A stretch of DNA of 64,000 nt, taken from NCBI GenBank assembly GCA_965204725.1, contig OZ242005.1, positions 4,384,001 to 4,448,000 on the forward strand, in the 5' to 3' direction. The notes beneath the pieces were generated by a model. It did no database searches. It saw only the letters and a program-made list of their open reading frames with translations, and was not told the origin of the DNA. This stretch comes from Candidatus Latescibacterota bacterium (lineage in GTDB: Bacteria; Latescibacterota; UBA2968; UBA8231). Position numbers and translations under genes: made by a program. Below, piece after piece: positions 58,479 through 64,000 of this stretch. Within the stretch, counting starts at the first letter, position 1. The number at the start of each line of letters is the position of its first letter.

Positions 58479-60899
58479 ATGCAGCGGACAATATCGATAG
58501 CTATCTTCCTAACTCTTTTGGGAGTAAGCGGTCTATTTCTCAGCGCTCATCCGGCTTGGGCCGATGGACACGAGCCTGTAGGCATCAAGGTATATGAGGT
58601 TGGCGTCGAGATTGAGCCGCTGGAGCTACCGGCGGTCGCGGGCGGCACTCCGCCGCTGACGTACAGCGTGTCGGGCCTGCCGGCGGGCTTGTCGTTTGAC
58701 GCGACCACGCGGACGATTTCGGGTACGCCCGAAGCCGTGGGCGAACCTGTGACCGTCACGTACAGGGTTGCGGACGCCGCGGGGGCCTCCAGTTCCGTGA
58801 CGTTCCTCGTGGAGATCGCGAAGCCCGCTTTGGACGCGCCAGACAGGTTGATAGCCCAAGACTACACGGGTGCTGACGGTTCGGGCGACCAAGGCGGCTT
58901 TTTGCTGCTGACGTGGGACCTGTCGGACGATCACGCCACGCTCGACGGCTATCGCATCTTCCGCGAGTTCCAAGTAACGCATGGGTTGTCTCCAGCCGTG
59001 GTTGAAGAGGGCGACGACGAGGGCGACGAGGGCGATGGCGACGAGGAACATGAGGAACACAGCCACGAGCATTTTCACGAGCATACGGAAGTCACCCATA
59101 CGCACGCGCATACGCACAACGGCAGCGATACTGAACCCCATATCCACGAGCATCTCGAAGTTGAAATTGAAATTGAAGCCGAAGTTGAAGAGCCGGTCGT
59201 CCAATCCGTTGTCGAGCTAGACGCGCCGGTGATGAAGATGATGCCTTGGGCGTTTGTGGATGCGGTGCCGGGGGTTAATATCGGCCGCGCCATCGTCGCG
59301 ACGCTCGATAATGTTGCGACTAGGTGGGGCATTGCAGCCGAGCGCAATGGCGAGACTACGTACGTGGAGGCTAAGGCTGCGTTTGTCCGCGCCGACGCAG
59401 TGAATCACGCCTACGAGCAGATGGCCGCGACGCTGCTGGCCAGCCGCGAGGCGGCCCAAGCCGGTGACGCGCCGGTGTTCGCCGCGCTGCTGCCGGAAGC
59501 CCTCGCTTTCGCCGAGGGTGTGGCTCCCAAGTTCAATCTCGTTGCCGCGGGGACAGAGCGCTCAGACCTGACCTTTACCGAAGAGGCGGCGCGCGCCATC
59601 GACAACATCGCGCCGGCCGCAGTGCCGTTCCTGAGCGCGTTGGACGCGCCCGGCGACGCGGGCAGCCGCATCGTCCTGAAGTGGACGCGCTCGGCGTCCG
59701 ACCGGCTCGTGCAGGGTGCTGCCGGGGCCATCGGCCCAGCCGCCTACGCGCCCGTCGCGGGCGTCGCCGGCTACGGCATCTATCGCCAAGCTGCGGGTGC
59801 CGACGAATTCGTCTTGGTCGGGCAGGTCGATGCTGGGGCTACGTCGTTTGTCGATGAAACGGCGCTCAACGGCGTGCGCTATACCTATCAGGTGCGTGCC
59901 TACGACGCGGACAACGAGACGGCTTCGGTTGAGCAGACAGCGCTGGCTGTGCGCAACCAAGTGGTCGATAGCGAAGGCCGCGTCCTGTTGGGTCTGTTCG
60001 GCGCGGACAACCGCGTTGGCTTTGATGACTTCTTCCTCTTGGCCGATATGTTCGGTTTGACGGCCGCAGACAGCGCGTTTGACCCGGCGTTTGACCTCGC
60101 GCCCAGTGCCCAGCCGCAGATTGATTTCGACGACTTCTTCGTCTTTGCCGATTACTTTGGTCGCAGCACGGGAGCGGCCGCCAAGCGGGTGCCCATGCAG
60201 GCGGGTCTGAATGCGGATGCGCGGTTGTATCTGGCGGCGCAGACGGCGCTGCCGAGCGTGGGTGAAGACTTCGTGCTCAATGTGCGCCTAGCCGATTTTG
60301 CCGCGCTGAAGGGCTACGGCCTGCAAGTGGAGTATGAGGCCGATAAGCTGACGTTTGTCGAGGTGCTCACCGAGCAGCCGCTGGGGGCGGGTGCGTTGGC
60401 CGCGCCGCAGGTGCTGGCCGACGAAGCAGGCGTCTTAGCGGTGGTTGCTCACGGGGAGGTGGTCGCCGAAGGCGAGGTGGGGTTGAGCTTGGTATTTCGC
60501 GCTACGGCAGCGATTGAGAATACAGTCCTAGAGATCACCGACAGCCAGACCTACGATAGCCAGTTCGGCGTCAACCGCCCCGCGTTGCCGATGCCGGTGG
60601 CGTTGCAGACGCGGCCAGAAGCATTCGCGCTGTCGAACAACTTTCCGAACCCGTTCAACCCGGAGACGACGATCCAATACGCACTGCCGCAGGCGGCGGA
60701 TGTGCAGTTGACCGTGTACAACGTCGCCGGTCAGGTGGTGCGGACGTTGGTGGCCGAGCATCAGAGCGCGGGGCGCTACACGGTGGCGTGGGACGCGACT
60801 AATGACAGCGGGCACAGGTTGTCGTCGGGGATGTATTTCTACCGCCTGCAAGCGGGCGGCGAGTTCCGCGAAGTCAATAAGATGCTGTTGATCAAGTGA
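58479..60899 (+). CDS. Secreted multidomain protein: Ig-like (He_PIG), His/acidic insert, FnIII, dockerin-like and cohesin-like modules, FlgD-like/sorting C-terminal domain
   Basis: Signal peptide AHPAWA; [19 protein letters not shown]; YTYQVRAYD; paired [14 protein letters not shown] / [14 protein letters not shown]; [14 protein letters not shown]...SSGMYFYRL...KMLLIK. Confidence 0.85.
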   Translation: MQRTISIAIFLTLLGVSGLFLSAHPAWADGHEPVGIKVYEVGVEIEPLELPAVAGGTPPLTYSVSGLPAGLSFDATTRTISGTPEAVGEPVTVTYRVADAAGASSSVTFLVEIAKPALDAPDRLIAQDYTGADGSGDQGGFLLLTWDLSDDHATLDGYRIFREFQVTHGLSPAVVEEGDDEGDEGDGDEEHEEHSHEHFHEHTEVTHTHAHTHNGSDTEPHIHEHLEVEIEIEAEVEEPVVQSVVELDAPVMKMMPWAFVDAVPGVNIGRAIVATLDNVATRWGIAAERNGETTYVEAKAAFVRADAVNHAYEQMAATLLASREAAQAGDAPVFAALLPEALAFAEGVAPKFNLVAAGTERSDLTFTEEAARAIDNIAPAAVPFLSALDAPGDAGSRIVLKWTRSASDRLVQGAAGAIGPAAYAPVAGVAGYGIYRQAAGADEFVLVGQVDAGATSFVDETALNGVRYTYQVRAYDADNETASVEQTALAVRNQVVDSEGRVLLGLFGADNRVGFDDFFLLADMFGLTAADSAFDPAFDLAPSAQPQIDFDDFFVFADYFGRSTGAAAKRVPMQAGLNADARLYLAAQTALPSVGEDFVLNVRLADFAALKGYGLQVEYEADKLTFVEVLTEQPLGAGALAAPQVLADEAGVLAVVAHGEVVAEGEVGLSLVFRATAAIENTVLEITDSQTYDSQFGVNRPALPMPVALQTRPEAFALSNNFPNPFNPETTIQYALPQAADVQLTVYNVAGQVVRTLVAEHQSAGRYTVAWDATNDSGHRLSSGMYFYRLQAGGEFREVNKMLLIK

Positions 60900-61019
60900 T
60901 GCCGACAGCACCTGGGATTGAGGGCATCCCGCCCTCGGTCCTGGGCGCAACGGGAACACCGGAAAAGGCGGACTCATTCGTGCCGCGGCTTTCCTCAGCA
61001 GGCGAGTGAGGCGCAAATT

Positions 61020-61141
61020 CGTCATTCCATGAAGCGTCCTGCCACGAAAGAACACTGGATTCCCGCTTGCGCGGGAATGACGGAGCCCGTCTCTACAGCT
61101 TGTTCAACACGACCCAAGGTGAGTTTTCAGACCGTTTCTTA
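61020..61141. repeat. Partial copy of the same MITE family (palindromic core and one terminal repeat)
   Basis: CTGGATTCCCGCTTGCGCGGGAATGAC...CAACACGACCCAAGGTGAGTTTTCAGACCGTTTC then TTA; aligns with the 3' half of the 36693-36827 element. Confidence 0.8.
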
Positions 61142-61155
61142 CACGACAGCTAAAA

Positions 61156-64000
61156 ATGACTTCAATAAAGCTTTATTCCTACGGCTTTTGGTTACTATCT
61201 GTTAGCTTGGCATTGGGGTGGGCTGGCTCGGCGGCAGCGGATATTACTCTATCGGTAGATACGCCTAAGATACGCGAGGAGGGCGGTAAGAGGACGATCA
61301 CGGTGACCGCGGCAAACGTGAACGCTAGCGGGGCCAAGACGGAAGCGGCCGCGAATACGGCTGTGGCCTTGGTGCTCGGCACAACTCCTGCCCCCATTCC
61401 CGGCACCGGCCTTTTTGATCCGGTGAATGGTCGTCTTTTGCGTGGGGGTCAATTCCAATTCCCGAGGTTGGCACACCCTTGGTACTACCCATATGAGAAT
61501 TCGATTAAGCCGAGGGGTGATTGGAAAGACTGGTACGACAGTCGCGCTCATGTCAATGACCGCTTCGCCATCACGCTGCCGACGATCGTGATTCCCAAGG
61601 GTAAGAAAGAGGCGACCGGGACGATCACCCTCACGCCCAAGGATAACGACATCCGCGGTTTTTATAACACTTATGATGAGTTCACCATTCCTTTTGACCT
61701 TGACGATGACTACCCCAAACGCTATCCCGATCTGGTCATCAAAATTAAGGGCCTTGCCGGTAGCACAAACGTTGATTCGACGGATATTCAAGTCATTGAC
61801 GACGAAAAGCTAAGCAGTCGGTTAGACCTTTCGTTTTCTCCGGCGAGTCTCAGCAAGGACGCGGGGCCGACTCCCGTTACCGTGACCGCCGCCTTGAACG
61901 GCGGGACTCTCCAGTCAGATCAAACCTTTACCTTAGTTTTTGCCAATACCACTAGTCTTAATGCCAATGATTACCCTAGTGGTATTACTTCGTCCGATGT
62001 GCTGGTGCGCGATACGGATTACTCGGCGACGTCGGCGTCTCTAACCTTGCGCCGGGGTAGGGCGTCTGCGAAGGCGACGATTACCATTGATCCCAAAGGC
62101 AAGGCTGGCCGCATCGCGCTCAAGAGTGCGAGCAGGAAGATCCTCAAAGGCATTGACTTGAACCTCGATGGGGATAAAGCAGACACGCTGCCTCTTTATA
62201 GGAGCTTCTTCGGGGCGGGGGCGGGGAGAATTATCTTCTTAGAACAAGGTCTAGGCTGCAAACCCTCGTGGGACAACGCCTACGACCCCAATGCCAATCC
62301 CCCCAACCCCCCCAACTATCCCCCCCTTTCCCAACACGATGTCAACTTTGATGGGGAGTGCTTAGGCATTATTAGGGAAGCAAGAGTCGGCGTTGACCTA
62401 AACGGTGATGGGGAGATTAGCCAACCGGCTAACGATGGCGCTATTCCTGCTATTGAAGCTCAAGCTTTTCGTCTATGGCCATCCGAAAACGCGATATTGG
62501 CTGCAAATAGAGAGTTCGTCGTGGATAGGGGTCAGCATTATCAGCCGACGAATAGCAGGTTTGCGTTGCTTGAAAGCAAATTGCCGCAGTATGTTACGAT
62601 TCCCCCCCATTTCTTTGAGATAACGACCACCCCCATTGTCGATCTCAAAAACGAGAACGACGGGCTGACCGCGACGCCGGCGACGGTGCGCGAGGGGGCC
62701 GGGCGGCAAGAAATCATCCTGAGAGTCACCTTGAAGAGTGCCCTAACCGAGGATGCGCGGGTGTCGTTCACCATCAATCCGCAAGAGGGGCGGCGCGACA
62801 TAGACTACACGATCGCCTTGAGCGATCTCGTCATTCCGAAAGGCCAGACCTCGGCTTCGACGACGCTGGTTCTGACCCCGGTCGATAACTCAGCGGTGAA
62901 TGACGCGCGGACTTTCGAGGTGGTCGCCACGGTCGGCTCGGGCGCAACAGAGGCCAGCGAGACGATTACCATTGTAGATGACGAGACGCTGACCTCTCAG
63001 ATCACGCTGACGGCGAGTCCGAATGAACTCAATGCGGGCACGGGGGCGAGTGAGGTTACGGTGCGCGGCACCTTAGACGGCCAAGCCTTCGACGAGGACG
63101 TGAACGTGGTCTTGGTCGTCACGACCGATACGGACGACGATGGCGACATGGACGACGACGATAAAGCCGCCACCCGCGACACCGAATACACGGCGATTCT
63201 GCGCTCGCTGACGATCCCGGCCGGTGAGATCATCGGCTCGCAGACGATCTCCATCACTCCCCTCGCTGGCGGCGATAAAAAGATCGGCCTGACCGCGCTG
63301 AAAAGCCCGGTCAAGAATGATGACGACGAAGACGTGACGGTCACCACGACGGTGGTCACGCTGAGAGATGGGGACGCGACGCCGACGGCCCCGGGTGATC
63401 TTGCTTTCGAGGACGATATAGATGTGGTATCCACGGTGTTTGAGTACGCGGTCGGCACGGCCATTGAGCCGTTTGTCCTGCCAGCGGCCACCGGCGGGAT
63501 TGGCGACAAGACGTATAGCGTGTCGGCGACGCTGCCAGCGGGTCTGGCATTTGACGCGACCACGCGGACGCTATCGGGGACGCCGCTGACCACTGGCACC
63601 GCCACCGTCATCTACACGGTCATCGACAGCGCCCCGGACGAAGTCAACACCGCGGTCCTCAGCCTGACCTTTGAGATCGGTACGGCCCCGCCCGCCACCG
63701 TGCGCGTCGCCAGCGTGACCACGACGCATTCCTCGGTGCGCGAGAACGGCGAGACGACCTCCATTCTCCTGATGGCGACGTTAGCCGCTCCTTCAGCCAA
63801 GGCCGAGACCGTCCTGTTCACGATTGCCGCCCCCAGTTCAGGGACGCCGGCCGTGCGCGATGCCGATTACACCGCAGCACTGGGCAGCTCGGTCGTCATT
63901 GCGGCTGGCGAGCTTCAAGGACGGACGACGCTGACCCTGACCCCCATCGACAACGCAGAGGTCGATGGCAATCGGTACTTGGGGGTAGAGGCGTCGGCTT
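61156..64000 (+). CDS. Large secreted Calx-beta/Ig-like repeat protein, runs off the window end (absent from the ORF track)
   Basis: MTSIKLYSYGFWLLSVSLALGWAGSAAA signal peptide; frame 1 read by hand with no stop seen; repeated RDxDY...IPxG...TLTPxDN units and LPAGLAFDATTRTLSGTP. Confidence 0.85.
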   Translation, partial: MTSIKLYSYGFWLLSVSLALGWAGSAAADITLSVDTPKIREEGGKRTITVTAANVNASGAKTEAAANTAVALVLGTTPAPIPGTGLFDPVNGRLLRGGQFQFPRLAHPWYYPYENSIKPRGDWKDWYDSRAHVNDRFAITLPTIVIPKGKKEATGTITLTPKDNDIRGFYNTYDEFTIPFDLDDDYPKRYPDLVIKIKGLAGSTNVDSTDIQVIDDEKLSSRLDLSFSPASLSKDAGPTPVTVTAALNGGTLQSDQTFTLVFANTTSLNANDYPSGITSSDVLVRDTDYSATSASLTLRRGRASAKATITIDPKGKAGRIALKSASRKILKGIDLNLDGDKADTLPLYRSFFGAGAGRIIFLEQGLGCKPSWDNAYDPNANPPNPPNYPPLSQHDVNFDGECLGIIREARVGVDLNGDGEISQPANDGAIPAIEAQAFRLWPSENAILAANREFVVDRGQHYQPTNSRFALLESKLPQYVTIPPHFFEITTTPIVDLKNENDGLTATPATVREGAGRQEIILRVTLKSALTEDARVSFTINPQEGRRDIDYTIALSDLVIPKGQTSASTTLVLTPVDNSAVNDARTFEVVATVGSGATEASETITIVDDETLTSQITLTASPNELNAGTGASEVTVRGTLDGQAFDEDVNVVLVVTTDTDDDGDMDDDDKAATRDTEYTAILRSLTIPAGEIIGSQTISITPLAGGDKKIGLTALKSPVKNDDDEDVTVTTTVVTLRDGDATPTAPGDLAFEDDIDVVSTVFEYAVGTAIEPFVLPAATGGIGDKTYSVSATLPAGLAFDATTRTLSGTPLTTGTATVIYTVIDSAPDEVNTAVLSLTFEIGTAPPATVRVASVTTTHSSVRENGETTSILLMATLAAPSAKAETVLFTIAAPSSGTPAVRDADYTAALGSSVVIAAGELQGRTTLTLTPIDNAEVDGNRYLGVEASA

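Overview
GC-rich bacterial chromosomal segment. Dockerin-like/FlgD-type secreted proteins, an ankyrin gene and many PhyH, amidohydrolase and TRAP genes suggest a Latescibacterota/Gemmatimonadota-like, possibly host-associated organism (inference only). Most of the window is ordinary: lpoB, sthA, a sigma-54-controlled MacAB-like exporter operon with tandem TlpA paralogues and a two-component system, pdxS/pdxT, a TRAP transporter, tRNA-Glu, an amidase, a UbiD-family gene, a frameshifted acnA, a TonB/ABC/Ni-Co transporter cluster and two large Ig-domain secreted proteins. The standout is a visibly AT-richer ~11.6 kb seven-gene operon (about 35848-47469) between ubiD and acnA. It encodes, in order: an RNAP alpha-CTD x3 + sigma70-region-4 protein; a GNAT acetyltransferase fused to a TGT/DpdA-like transglycosylase; an unknown 270-aa protein; a small P-loop ATPase; a 1367-aa BrxC-like ATPase; a PglZ-like phosphatase; and a HerA-like ATPase. 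It looks like a BREX-related anti-phage system in which the methyltransferase is replaced by a base-exchange plus acylation enzyme. Other notable signals: a 135-bp MITE inserted in frame in the first island gene (related copies near 20.1 and 61.1 kb), an Rpn gene with an internal RBS/ATG suggesting an intragenic antitoxin, a HigB remnant, and two ORFs missing from the supplied track. All family calls come from motifs read by eye; no searches were run.
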